Below are positions 1 to 11,611 of a stretch of 64,000 bases of DNA, piece by piece (the stretch's first letter is position 1; every line of letters starts with the position of its first letter). Made by a program: the position numbers and the translations under genes. The DNA lies in assembly GCA_951406725.2 (NCBI GenBank), contig OX597814.1, positions 682,001 through 746,000 of the forward strand, read 5' to 3'. This stretch comes from Octopus vulgaris. Lineage: Eukaryota. The notes below the pieces were generated by a model. That model was not told where the DNA came from. It saw only the letters and a list, made by a program, of their open reading frames with translations, and searched no databases.

Positions 1-102
1 TTCACATGCCAGTAAGGCGACACTGGTAATGATCACCAGCACGGGAGCCAGACAGCTGCTCTGGCAGTGATCCTGCTTGGATGGAGCTGTTAGCGCTCGT
101 TC

Positions 103-139
<37 letters not shown>

Positions 140-145
140 CATATG

Positions 146-311
146 TACGATGGGCTTCTTTCAGTTTCTGTCTTCCAAATCCACTCATAAGGCTTTGGTC
201 GACCCAAGGCTTTAGTAGAAGACACTTGCCCAAGGTGCCACGCAATGGGACTGAACCCAGAATCATGTGGTTGGTAAGCAAGCTGCTTACCACACAGCCA
301 CTCCTATGCCT
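146..311 (-). mobile_element. tRNA-derived SINE family A, 5' part
   Basis: Reverse complement of the family head GTGGCTGTGTGGTAAG...GGTTCAGTCCCA...CCTTGGGCAAGTG (A/B-box-like), shared with more than 15 copies in the window. Confidence 0.85.
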
Positions 312-1085
312 ATAGTAAAAGGCTTTAGTATATTTCTGCACCATATTTAACTGGCCTGGATCCAGTTTTGCTGATTTCCATATTTTTTCCATATTTAAAA
401 CCATGTGTAGCTTATTAATTAAACAGACATGTCCATCCTCATTTAACGTCCATATTTCATACGGGCATGGGTCAGACAGTTTGATAGGATCCGATGTGTC
501 CAAGGACTGAATAATGTTCCAATGTTTGTATTAGTATAATTTTTATGGCTCTATGCTCCTTCCAACCATGGTGGACGGTGTTAGGAAGGGCATCCAGCTG
601 TTAAAACCATGCCAAAACAGACACTGAAGCCTAGTGCAGTCTTCTACCGAGCCAGCTCCTGCCAAAACATCCAATCAATGCCAGAATGGAAAGCAGACAT
701 TAAATAATGATAATGACGATGATGTTGATGATATATATGTCCATCGTTTGCACACCCACCATTCTCTGATCATGTTCACATAATACATGTAATTACTCTT
801 CAACCAAAATTTGGAAAATGCCCCCACCCTACAAAACACTTCTTACCAGGGATTAAATGTGAACCATGGCAAGTTTTTGAATTTCAATCTTCTCCCCACA
901 CCCCACCCCTTCCACAAACCCTTCCCTTGTATTTCTATGTCCATCCACCATTTTCTTAAAGACAGGTTGATGAGTCACCCTTAAAACTATTAAGCAAATG
1001 TCAAACACTTGACAATAAATATTTGACTCAATGATGTCTGAGGAGGCTTTTGTCAAGATATTGCTCAAGTTTTTATCTAATTATA

Positions 1086-1385
1086 TCATCATCATCATCA
1101 TCATCAACGTTTAACGTCCGTTTTCCATGCTAGCATGGGTTAGACGGTTTTGTCCGGGGTCTGGGAAGCCAGGAGGCTGCACCAGGCTCCAGTCTGATCT
1201 GGCAGTGTTTCTACAGATGGATGCCCTTCCTAACGCCAACCACTCCGTGAGTGTAGTGGGTGCTTTTTACGTGCCACCAGCACAGGGGCCGGAGGTGGCT
1301 AGCAATGGCCACAATCGGTTGGTACTTTTGATGTGCCACTGGCACGGAAGCCAACAGAGCCAGCGCTTGCATCAGCCACATTCAG
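1086..1385 (-). mobile_element. (GAT)n-tailed retroposon family C
   Basis: Reverse of GGCGTTAGGAAGGGCATCC...CCATGCCAGCATGGAAAACGGACGTTAAACGATGATG; common 3' end with variable 5' truncation across many copies. Confidence 0.8.
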
Positions 1386-1424
1386 GTGGTATATTTCCGT
1401 TGGATCTAGTTCAGGAACTCCACA

Positions 1425-1560
1425 TTAATAACATCGAAAAACACTTTAGGAATAAGAACCCAGGTTTGAAATTTCCCCAAGACACCTGATGAAGGCTGGA
1501 GAGTATATCAGCCGAAACAAGATGAGGACAAATATCCGTCAAATGTAAATAATGTAAATA
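1425..1560 (+). mobile_element. Hammerhead-bearing repeat tail, copy with deletion after GAAAC
   Basis: Matches 6915-7057; GACACCTGATGAAGGCTG...CAGCCGAAAC is present but the following GTTGTGTT segment is deleted; ends in AAATGTAAATAATGTAAATA. Confidence 0.8.
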
Positions 1561-1950
1561 GTGGCTGTGTGGTAAGTAGCTTGCTAACCAACCACATGGT
1601 TCCGGGTTCAGTCCCACTATGTGGCACCTTGGGAAAATGTCTTCTACTATAGCATTGGGCTGACCAAAACCTTGTGAGTGGATTTGGTAGACAGAAACTG
1701 AAAGAAGCCCATCGTATATATGTATATGTATATATATATGTGTGTATGTCTGTGTTTGTCCCCCCAACATCGCTAGACAACCGATGCTGGTGTGTTTATG
1801 TCCCCGTAACTTAGTGGTTCGGCAAAACTGGCCGATTGAATAAGTACTAGGCTTACAAAGAATAAGTCTTGGGCTCGATTTGCTCGACTAAACGCGGTGC
1901 TCCAGCATGGCCGCAGTCAAGTGACTGAAACAAGTAAAAGAATAAAAGAG
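1561..1950 (+). mobile_element. SINE family A, near full length
   Basis: tRNA-like head, internal (TA/TG)n tract, tail GGCCGCAGTCAAGTGACTGAAACAAGTAAAAGA. Confidence 0.9.
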
Positions 1951-2204
1951 AGTATGAAAAGTGAAAAGATTAAAAATCTTATTGAATCTGACTCCCTTCA
2001 ACATGTTGTGTTGCATCCATTTTGAAGTCTGGGTCTCATCAGATACATCCAAACATAAAGCTATGTCTTGCTAAAAATCCTGAGTTTAGGCTGCCATCTT
2101 GTTATATATCCGTCTGGTTACGGAATGAAGCATTGCTACCCTTTTCAATTACTCATATCTTTCCATCTTAAGAATTGCAAACATTTGTAAATATAAACAA
2201 ATAT

Positions 2205-2970
2205 AGGCGCAGGAGTGGCTGTGTGGTAAGTAGCTTGCTAACCAACCACATGGTTCCGGGTTCAGTCCCACTCCGTGGCATCTTGGGCAAGTGTCTTCTG
2301 CTATAGCCCCGGGCCGACCAATGCCTTGTGAGTGGATTTGGTAGACGGAAACTGAAAGAATCCCGTCGTATATATGTATATGTATGTATGTGTGTGTCTG
2401 TGTTTGTCCCACTAGCATTGCTTGACAACCAATGCTGGTGTGTTTATGTCCCCATTAGTTAGTTAATTTTTTGGCTCAAAAAGCAAAAAGCAAGGCCATG
2501 TAGGGGGACATGGAGTTATGTACAGGGTGGTGTTCACTTAAAGAGTTCAGGCCACTTGAGGTCAAGGGAGACTTTGAACAAAGCGGTCGTCGACATCTTC
2601 ACCATCTCATCTGGCAGCTTGTTCCATGGATCCGCAACCCGGACGGAGAAAGCCCCTCTCCTTCGATTGAGATGAAATTGTCGCAGATAGAGCTTTTTGG
2701 AATGACCCCGCAGCCGACATTCTGGAGCAGGAGTGAAGAACAGCTCTTTCGAGAAGTTACACTTTCCACTTATGATGTTGCAAGCGAGAATGAGATCACC
2801 ACGGCGGTGGCGTTTTCCTAGAGAACTTAGTGGTTCGACAAAAGAGACCGATATAATAAGTACTGGGCTTACAAAAGAATAAGTCCCGGGGTCGAGTTGC
2901 TCGATTAAAGGCGGTGCTCCAGCATGGCCGCAGTCAAATGACTGAAACAAGTAAAAGAGTAAAAAGAGCA
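2205..2970 (+). mobile_element. SINE family A interrupted by a CR1 fragment
   Basis: SINE consensus breaks at GTCCCCAT (2455) and resumes at AACTTAGTGGTTCG (about 2824). Confidence 0.9.
2455..2824 (-). mobile_element. CR1-clade LINE, 5'-truncated 3' end
   Basis: Peptide RRGDLI...LRGHSKKL...FSVRVADPWNKLP...FKVSLD is typical of the CR1 ORF2 C-terminus; short 3' UTR and (TAAC)n tail. Confidence 0.9.
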
Positions 2971-3286
2971 AGTGTTGATAAAAATAAAAAGGAAAATTTT
3001 GTAGGGGAACATAACGGATGGAGAGGGAAAAGGGTAGCAATGCTTCATTCTGTAACCAGACGGGTAAATAACAAGATGGAGAGCCTAAACTAGGGAGTTT
3101 TAGTAAGACACAACTTTATGTATGGATGTACCTGATGAGACCCAGACTTCAAAATGGATGCAGCACAACTTGTTGAAGGGAGTCCCACCCATAAGGGACA
3201 GGAGCAGGAGAGGTTGAAACGACCGTTGTACAAAATAAAGATTAATGCCAAATCCATCTTCTGCTTACTTAAGAAATTATCATTAT

Positions 3287-3706
3287 ATCATCATCATCAT
3301 CATCATCATCATCGTTTAATGTCTGCTTTCCATGCTGGCATGGGTTGGACGGTTTGACTGAGGACCGGTGAGCCAGGAGACTGCACCAGGCTCCAATCTT
3401 GATCTGGCAAAGTTTCTACAGCTGGATGCCCTTCCTAACGCCAGCCAATCCGAGAGTGTAGTGGTTGCTTTTATGTGACACCAGCACGAGCGCCAGTCAG
3501 GCGGTTCTGGCAAGGACCATGCTCAAAAGGTATTTTTTACATGTTACCTGCACGGGGAGCCAGTCCGGCAGCACTAACAACAACCATGCTCAAATGTTGT
3601 TTTTCACGTACCACCGGCACATGTGCTAGTAAGGTGACACTGGCAATGATCACGTTTGAATGGTGCTTTTCACGTGTCACCAGCACAGGAGCCAATCCGT
3701 GGCCCT

Positions 3707-3710
<4 letters not shown>
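3287..3710 (-). mobile_element. Retroposon family C
   Basis: (CAT)n followed by CGTTTAATGTCTGCTTTCCATGCTGGCATGGG and internal GTGCC..GGCAC subrepeats. Confidence 0.8.
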
Positions 3711-3743
<33 letters not shown>

Positions 3744-3754
3744 ATATATATATA

Positions 3755-4054
3755 TATTTTACTTGTTTCATTCATCCTAAAGGGCTTTAGGCAAAGTATT
3801 TATTCTATTGGTCTCTTTTGCCAAACCACTAAGTTATAGAGACACAAACACACCAGCATCGGGTGTCAAGCAATGGGGGGGGGGGGTAACAAACACACAC
3901 AAATAAATACATATACAATGGGCTTCTTTCAGTTTTCATCAGCCAAATCCACTTACACGGTTTTGGTCAGCCCAAGTTTATTGTAGAAGGCAGTGACATT
4001 GAACTCAAAATCGTCTGGTTGGGAAACAAACGTCTTACCACAGTCACGCCTGCG

Positions 4055-4056
<2 letters not shown>
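3755..4056 (-). mobile_element. SINE family A, CpG-decayed copy
   Basis: Diverged reverse match to family A. Confidence 0.75.
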
Positions 4057-4090
<34 letters not shown>

Positions 4091-4483
4091 CATATATATA
4101 AATGCATATATAGATACAGGACGTCACCAACTGTGTAAACAACATGAAATATGAAAACAAACGAGTTAAATACGCAAACAACGAGAGAAAATAACGGAAA
4201 ACAGGACAAGTAAACACAGAGAACGACCCTTCATCAATTGTCGACTGTCTGTCTACTCCTCATTTCGTGCATTCAACGACAATATGAGTCTACAACTTGG
4301 TGAAGCTGGTGCCCCTGCATGGCCGCAATCCAAAGACTAAAACATGTAAAAGTTAAAAGCTAAATAAAAATTAATATTTCAATTCAACGCATTAGACTAT
4401 TGCAATTTCATACTGAAGAAATCCAACAACATTGAGATGGCAGCTACATACGAATGTCCTGGACTGTGATTCGGTGGAAAATT

Positions 4484-4790
4484 ATGTATGTATGTACGAA
4501 AGCATGTATGTATGTATGTATGTATGTATGTATGTATGTATGTATGTATGTATGTATGTATGTATGTATGTATGTATGTATGTGTGTATGTATGTACATA
4601 TGTATGTGTGTGTGTATGTATGTATGTATGTATGTACGAAAGCATGTATGTATGTATGTATGTATGTATGTATGTATGTATGTATGTGTGTATGTATGTA
4701 TGTACGTATGTATGTGTGTGTGTATGTATGTATGTACGAAAGCATGTATGTATGTATGTACGAAAGCATGTATGTATGTGTGTATGTATT
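4484..4790. repeat. (TATG)n microsatellite punctuated by TACGAAAGCA
   Basis: Direct reading; the interrupting decamer occurs 4 times. Confidence 0.95.
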
Positions 4791-5428
4791 ACTACTACTT
4801 CCGAGGTTCCGCTCGCTATGAAACATGTGTGTGTGTGTGTGTGTGTAATGTATGTGTGTGTGTGTGTATATATGTATACACAGAGATATATAGATAGATA
4901 GATAGAGAGAGAGAGAGATAAACACACACACACACATGCGTTCACGGTTTGTAAACGGGAAAAGTCAGAATTTTAGGTGAAAATACTCAATATAATATCC
5001 AAATAGAATGGATATTATACGGATAAAACTATGCACAGGCGTATCTCGTCTTATGGAAACGAGACTCGCTGAGATAAAAATATTTAAAAAAGGCTGCCAT
5101 AACGTGATGTCTCGTAGTGTGAAAGAGTTTCGCTTTAAGGAATTACACGTTGCGGTCAGACGTTTTCAAGAACGCTAATTTCCGTAATGCGGGGGATGAT
5201 GTATGCCTCATTACCAATATGAATGACAACGATACGGCCTGGAGTAATTGGAGAAAGATATATTACAATCGTAATTATGTGAGTCATCGTTAGAGCGGAA
5301 GGCGATATGTGACGAGACGAGAAGAGAAAAAAAGATAGATAGATAGATAGAAAGATAGATAGATAGAATGATACTAATAGATAGATAGATAGATATATAG
5401 ATTTTTTGGAGAGAGAGAGGGGGGGAAG

Positions 5429-5482
<54 letters not shown>

Positions 5483-5838
5483 GTAGATAGATATAGATAG
5501 ATAGATGGAGAGAGAGAGAGGGGGGAGAAAGATAGATAGATAGACAATCTCTGCTCATGTTTAGATGCAATTGTTTATAATATTATATGGAACGACTCAT
5601 TCAGTGATAGGAAGAGGGGTGTTAAGGAATAAAGAAGCAAAAACGTTACCAAAATGTAGCGATGGTGTAAGCCAAAGTGTAAGACCTTGTGTTAGTATAA
5701 AGCAACATATGTTGCAGTTGGTATTAGACTTTAATGCTGAGAAATATAACTATGATAGATTATCAAATATGAAAAACTAGGAAAAGAAAATAGGCAAAAA
5801 TATTTTTAAAAAAGCACTGGCTACTTATGTAGGGGTGC

Positions 5839-5873
<35 letters not shown>

Positions 5874-6014
5874 GTTTAAACTTCACAAGTTGCAATATAA
5901 GTTTCACATTGTCGGTTGTTGATAACAATGTCTAATAAAGAGGAAACTGAATGAAACCGGAGACGTGACCACCTGATCGACCAGACTATTGGATGCTATT
6001 CTATATCGCTGTCA

Positions 6015-6240
6015 AGGCGGGGGAAGCTGGCAGAATGGTTAGCACGCCGGGCGAAGTGCTCAGCGGTAGTTCGTCTGCCGTTACATTCGGAGTTCAAATT
6101 CCGCCGAGGTCGACTTTGCCTTTCATCCTTTCGGGGTCGATTAAATAAGTACCAGTTACGCACTGGGGTCGACATAATCGACTTAATCCGTTTGTCTGTC
6201 CTCTCTGTGTTTATCCCCTTGTGGGTAGTAAAGAAAGAGG
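6015..6240 (+). mobile_element. tRNA-derived SINE family B (Meta/MESC-like core)
   Basis: Head GCTGGCAGAATGGTTAG...GAGTTCAAATTCC; core GTCGACTTTGCCTTTCATCCTTTCGGGGTCGAT...AAGTACCAG. Confidence 0.85.
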
Positions 6241-6672
6241 TATTATATATCGCTGGCTTCAAATGCGTTTTGAATTGTTTTAGCCCCTGGTCGGAAAGTT
6301 AGTCTGTCACATGGTTGCTCATTTACTTGCTGAAGGGACTAGAACAACAGAAAATGAAATGTTTTTGTTCAAGAACCTAATGCGCAGTCACTACCTTGTG
6401 GTTATCTCCCCCCCCCCCCCCAATTAAAAAATTCACATAGCTCCTTACTAAAAAACTGAGTTTATGTGGCGATAAGAGATTGGATTAAAAGGGTTAGATC
6501 TTTTAGGTTCAATACTTCAACACATTGTTGACGTTTGGCCTGTTGGCAATGGATGATTTGGTATAAAAAATATTGTCAGATTCAATAAGATGTTTAATCT
6601 TTTCACTTTTCATGTTTACTAATTTTTTTCATTTACATTTGACGGATATTTGTCCTCATCTTGTTTGTTGTT

Positions 6673-6718
6673 AACACAACATTTCGGCTGATATACCCTC
6701 CAGCCTTCATCAGGTGTC
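6673..6718 (-). ncRNA. Minimal hammerhead-like motif, inverted copy
   Basis: Minus strand GACAC CUGAUGAA GGCUG...CAGCC GAAAU GUU GUGUU. Confidence 0.6.
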
Positions 6719-6968
6719 TTGGGGGAAATTTTGAACCTGGGTTCTCATTCCTAAGGTATTTTTCGATGTTGTTGTTGTTGTTATTATCATTAATATTATT
6801 CAAGTCACTGCCTGGAATAGAACTCGGAATCTTGGGCATATGGCGTAGTAGTTAAGAGCGCGGGCTACTAACCCCAAGATTCCTAGTTCGATTCTAGGCA
6901 GTGACCTAAATAAGAATAACATCGAAAAATACCTTAGGAATAAGAACCCAGGTTTGAAATTTCCCCAA

Positions 6969-7014
6969 GACACCTGATGAAGGCTGGAGAGTATATCAGC
7001 CGAAACGTTGTGTT
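6969..7014 (+). ncRNA. Minimal type I hammerhead ribozyme-like motif
   Basis: Stem I GACAC/GUGUU, core CUGAUGA plus A, stem II GGCUG/CAGCC, GAA, palindromic AACGUU stem III with NUH triplet GUU. Confidence 0.7.
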
Positions 7015-7154
7015 AACAACAAACAAGATGAAGACAAATAGCCATCAAATGTAAATACTGTAGAGATGGTTGTTGGCATCTTTATAATGAAGCCAGAAAT
7101 GAAACAAACGAATCGCACATAAAAGGAATTTAGAAAAGCAAAGTGACCTCCTGG

Positions 7155-7545
7155 GAGCAGGCGTGGCTGTGTGGTTAGAAACTCGCTTCTTAACAACATA
7201 GTTCTGGGTTCAATTCTTCTGCGTGACACTTCGGGCAAAAGTTGCTTCGATAACTTCGGGCCGAGCAAAGCCTTATGAGTGGATTTGGAAATCGAAGGAA
7301 GCCCATCGTGAATATAGTACACACACACGCGCGCGTGTGTGTGTGTTTGTCCCCCACCATGATAGAAAACCGGTGTTGGTGTGTATACGTCCCCGTGACA
7401 TAGCGGTTCGGCAAAAGTAAACAACAGAATAAGTACCAGTCTTTTAAAAACCAACAAGAGCTGAGGTTGCTTTATTCGACTAAAAGAATTCTTGAAGGCG
7501 GTGCCCCAGCATGGCCGCAGTCTAACAACTGAAACAAGTAAAACA
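7155..7545 (+). mobile_element. SINE family A, diverged subfamily
   Basis: Head GGCGTGGCTGTGTGGTTAG...GGGTTCAATTC; family tail present. Confidence 0.8.
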
Positions 7546-7819
7546 GAGATAACGTTTATGAGAGTGTCCATTTTTATTTCTATTTTATTTTCACGTTGGT
7601 CACGGATGGACTCAATGTCGTCATAGTAGCCACGATATGACCCAGGGTACGTGACGTAATTATTGATATCACCAATGGGTGACCTCTACCGGGGTACTTT
7701 GAAAGGATAAATGATGGAGGAGGAAAAGAGGGAAGGGAGGCGGAGGAGGAATAGGGGAGGAGGAGGAGGCGGAGGAGGAATGAGAAAAAGGATCATATTA
7801 TCAAATAATAACAGTGACG

Positions 7820-8095
7820 GTTTCAAATTTTAGCCCAAGGCCAGCTGTTTTGAGGGGAGGGGATCAACACTAAATGGGTCGACTGGTAGATTATTTTTAA
7901 AGGGAGAGAATTAGTCGATTACACTGACCCCCCCCCCCCCCAGTGCTCAACTGGTACTTATTTTACTGACCGACCTCGAAAGGATGATAGGCGTAGTCGA
8001 CCTCGGCGGAATTTGAACTCAGAACGTAAAGACGGACGAAATACTGCTAAGCATTTCGCCCGGTTTGCTAACGGTTCTGCCACTTCAACGCCCTT
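7820..8095 (-). mobile_element. SINE family B
   Basis: Reverse core CTGGTACTT...GTCGACCTCGGCGGAATTTGAACTC; another copy at about 8630-8845. Confidence 0.8.
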
Positions 8096-8125
8096 GCCTC
8101 AAATAATAATAATAATAATAATAAA

Positions 8126-8450
8126 TTGAAAAAAATGTGGCATCTCAAGGTGACTACAGTACCAGTGATTGTAGGATCTCTAGGAATGATAAAAAAAGGT
8201 ACTGAAACCTATTTGAAAATGATACCAGGCTTACCATCCCTACAGGAAGTGCAAAAACTCGTGTTAACTGGAACAGCTCATGTACTGACAAGAGCATTAT
8301 CGCTGTGAAAACAGCATCCATCCATGAATTTATTTATTTATTTATTTTTAAATACATATTTTACCTGTGAATTTGCGTGTGTAATCTGGGAATGCACACA
8401 ATGAGCTTCTCTGTCCTAGGTGTATGGAAGAAAAATTGAAGAAAGAAGGT
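8126..8450 (+). mobile_element. R4/Dong-clade non-LTR retrotransposon 3' fragment
   Basis: KKMWHLKVTTVPVIVGSLGMI...VQKLVLTGTAHVLTRAL resembles the end of the restriction-like endonuclease domain; flanked by (AAT)n and (AAC)n. Confidence 0.8.
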
Positions 8451-8595
8451 AACAACAACAACAACAATAATAATAATGATCACGTGATCAACCAGAGTAT
8501 CGGATGTTCTTATACATCGCTAATCACAATGCGCTTTGCATCTTTTTAGATTTTGAACGATGACACTCCTGCTGGCAAGGCGAAGAAGCCAATCA

Positions 8596-8629
<34 letters not shown>

Positions 8630-9229
8630 CTTTTCAATTATAGGCACAAAGACTGGAATTTTTGGTGGGGAGGGGACTAATCGATTACATCGACCCCAGT
8701 GTTTCACTAGTACTTAATTTATCGATCCCGAAAGGATGAAAGGCAAAATCGACTTCGGCAGAACTTGAACTCAGAACGTAGTGGCAGGCGAAATACCGCT
8801 AAGCATTTCGTCCAACCTGCTAACGTTTCTGCCAGCTCACCGTCATAATAATAATAATAACAACAACAACAACAATATTAATGGTTTCAAATTTTGGCAC
8901 AAGGTCAAGAATCTTGAGGTGATGAGTCGATTACATCGACTCCAACATCTTCTCCACTGACTTTGAAAACAGGTTTTTAGAAAGAAAAAAAAAACGAGTT
9001 GATTTTTATCTTTTCTTTTCTGGTTTTTGTTGTGGACATTTTATTGTTGCGGCGCGTGTGAGAGGAGAAACGGTATGACAGAAGCCAATGACTAATGATA
9101 GACACCAGTGACAAATGAACATTTCTCTCTCATGTGCGCGAGTTGGTTACTACCCCACCCCCACTCGCTTCTAGTTTCCAATAGCTAATAAGAACTACAA
9201 AGGCTGGTTGACTAATAAAAATGAAGCCT

Positions 9230-9273
<44 letters not shown>

Positions 9274-9450
9274 AACAGAGAAAGAGAGAGAAATGGAGAG
9301 AGAGAGAGAGAGAGAGCGACAGTGGGGGAGATGTTTCTGTGATGATTTGCAGTTTTATTATTAAAGCACATTACTCTACCTCTGGTATTCGAGTACTATT
9401 TTCCCCCAACTTCTTTCACATTTATGTGCTTATTCTGGTATGTGTGTGCG

Positions 9451-9514
<64 letters not shown>

Positions 9515-9604
9515 GTAATAAATGCACAAACAAAAGGAAAACAGACACAGAAGATCCTCACCCTCACCAGTCATCGACCAAAGGGTCAAACGCAATTTCC
9601 CGCC

Positions 9605-9664
<60 letters not shown>

Positions 9665-9670
9665 CATATA

Positions 9671-9812
9671 TCGGACTTTCCTGTTTCCGAAGAAGAGCTA
9701 TGCTCGAAAAGTAAAACTTCTAGTTTTTTTCCTTTTCTGAGCGTCTTATTAATACTTTACTTGTGCCACGTTCAAACATTTGTTTATTTCCTTTCACTTT
9801 GTTTTTTAATTG
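9671..9812 (+). mobile_element. Penelope-type terminal repeat in (TA)n with hammerhead-like motif at 9683-9717
   Basis: GTTT CCGAAGA A GAGC tat GCTC GAAAA GTA AAAC; related to 22488-22660, 37965-38322 and 48893-49105. Confidence 0.6.
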
Positions 9813-10463
9813 TGTATGTATATATATATATTTATATATATCCGGACAGTTAGGTGATGCAAAAAAAAGGGACAGCAAAACACCCAGACAGACGATACGA
9901 AGAAAACAAGGACAGATCATTCGGAATTTTCTTTCTTCAGTCGAGTTCCAGATTATCTTTGCAATTTCGGCTGGTTATACTCGAGATTGCTCCAATCTGG
10001 CCAGCCCCAAGGAAAAACGAAGCTAAGAGCATTAGATTCCTTGGGAGAAATCAGCGAATGTATACGAAAACAATGACGGAAAAGAAAACGGAGAATGTTA
10101 CACAGATATAAATAACAAATCGACACAAGGACTTATTTCTTAAACCAAGTCATTTTTGCCGAACCGCTAAATTATGGGGACGAAAACACACCAACACCGG
10201 TTGCCAAGCGGTAATGGGGGGAGGACAAAAATAGACACACACATACACACACACACACACAAGGTAATCATTGATATGAAATTCATTTTCGCCATAGATT
10301 AATAACTAAAGAGCTAATAGCGTTTTAAAAGCGTTTAATCTTTGCAAATTTTGGGTAACTGGAACCAAATGAAAGTCAGACATGTAGGTGTCTGTTTCCA
10401 TGGTAACGAGCCAAGCTGTTACCAAGCAGAATTGGTACAGAAACAATTGTAACTGATCGTTAA

Positions 10464-10811
<348 letters not shown>

Positions 10812-10854
10812 GTTCTGACGCACAAAATTCTCGGCTCTTGAGTCACTTTTACTT

Positions 10855-11254
10855 TTACGCTTTTTTTACTCTTTTACTTGTTTCAGTCATTTTGACTGCG
10901 GCCATGCTGGAGCAACGCCTTTAGTCGAGCAAATCGACCCCCCAGGACTTATTCTTTGTAAGCCTAGTACTTATTCTATCGGTCTCTTTTGCCGAACCGC
11001 TAAGTGACGAGGACGTAAACACACCAGCATCGGTTGTTGAGCGATGTTGAGGGGACAAACACAGACACACACATACATATATATGTGTGTGTGTGTGTGT
11101 GTGTATAAGACGGGCTTCTTTCAGTTTCCGTCTACCAAATTCACTCACAGGGTTCTGGTTGGCCCGAGGCTATAGTAGAAGACACTTGCCAAGGTGCTAC
11201 GCAGTGGGACTGAAGCCGGAACCATGTGGTTGGTAAGCAAGCTACTTACCACAC

Positions 11255-11255
<1 letters not shown>
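10855..11255 (-). mobile_element. SINE family A
   Basis: Near-consensus reverse copy with CpGs intact. Confidence 0.9.
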
Positions 11256-11293
<38 letters not shown>

Positions 11294-11294
11294 T

Positions 11295-11351
<57 letters not shown>

Positions 11352-11611
11352 AAGGCATAGGCATAACTATGTGGTTAAGATGCTTGCTTTGCAGCCACGC
11401 GGTTTCGGGTTCGGTCCCAAAGCGAAGCACTCTTGACAAGTGTCTTCTATCACCCCGAGTCAACCAGTGGATTTGGGAGATAGAAACTAAAACAAGTGTG
11501 TGTGTGTGCGTGTGCACCCTTGCTATGATAACATGTGGTGGTTGTGAATAAGCGCCGCTGTCATACAAGCGGTATCGTTAATTCCTAATCTTCCGTGAAT
11601 AATGTCTGACC

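Larger units (their letters stand above)
1990..3184. repeat. Long inverted repeat, arms about 1990-2146 and 3027-3184
   Basis: Arms are reverse complements, e.g. GCATCCATTTTGAAGTCTGGGTCTCATCAG versus CTGATGAGACCCAGACTTCAAAATGGATGC. Confidence 0.9.
6631..7057. mobile_element. tRNA-headed element with hammerhead-containing tail plus a 5' inverted partial copy
   Basis: 6631-6836 is the reverse complement of about 6873-7057; tRNA-like head at 6834-6906. Confidence 0.85.

Noticed and set aside
3132-3138. CTGATGA hammerhead-like core in the inverted-repeat arm
   Set aside because: No stem II closing onto GAAA and no NUH/stem I arrangement nearby
4397-4945. Long ORFs of CV, YI, HT or LS dipeptides here and throughout (e.g. 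10419-10924, 36816-37557, 55275-56332)
   Set aside because: Translations of microsatellites, with no domain content or codon structure
6834-6906. Functional tRNA gene
   Set aside because: Acceptor and T stems are imperfect, no Pol III T-run follows, and it continues into a repeat tail; treated as a SINE head (likewise 20234 and 49114)
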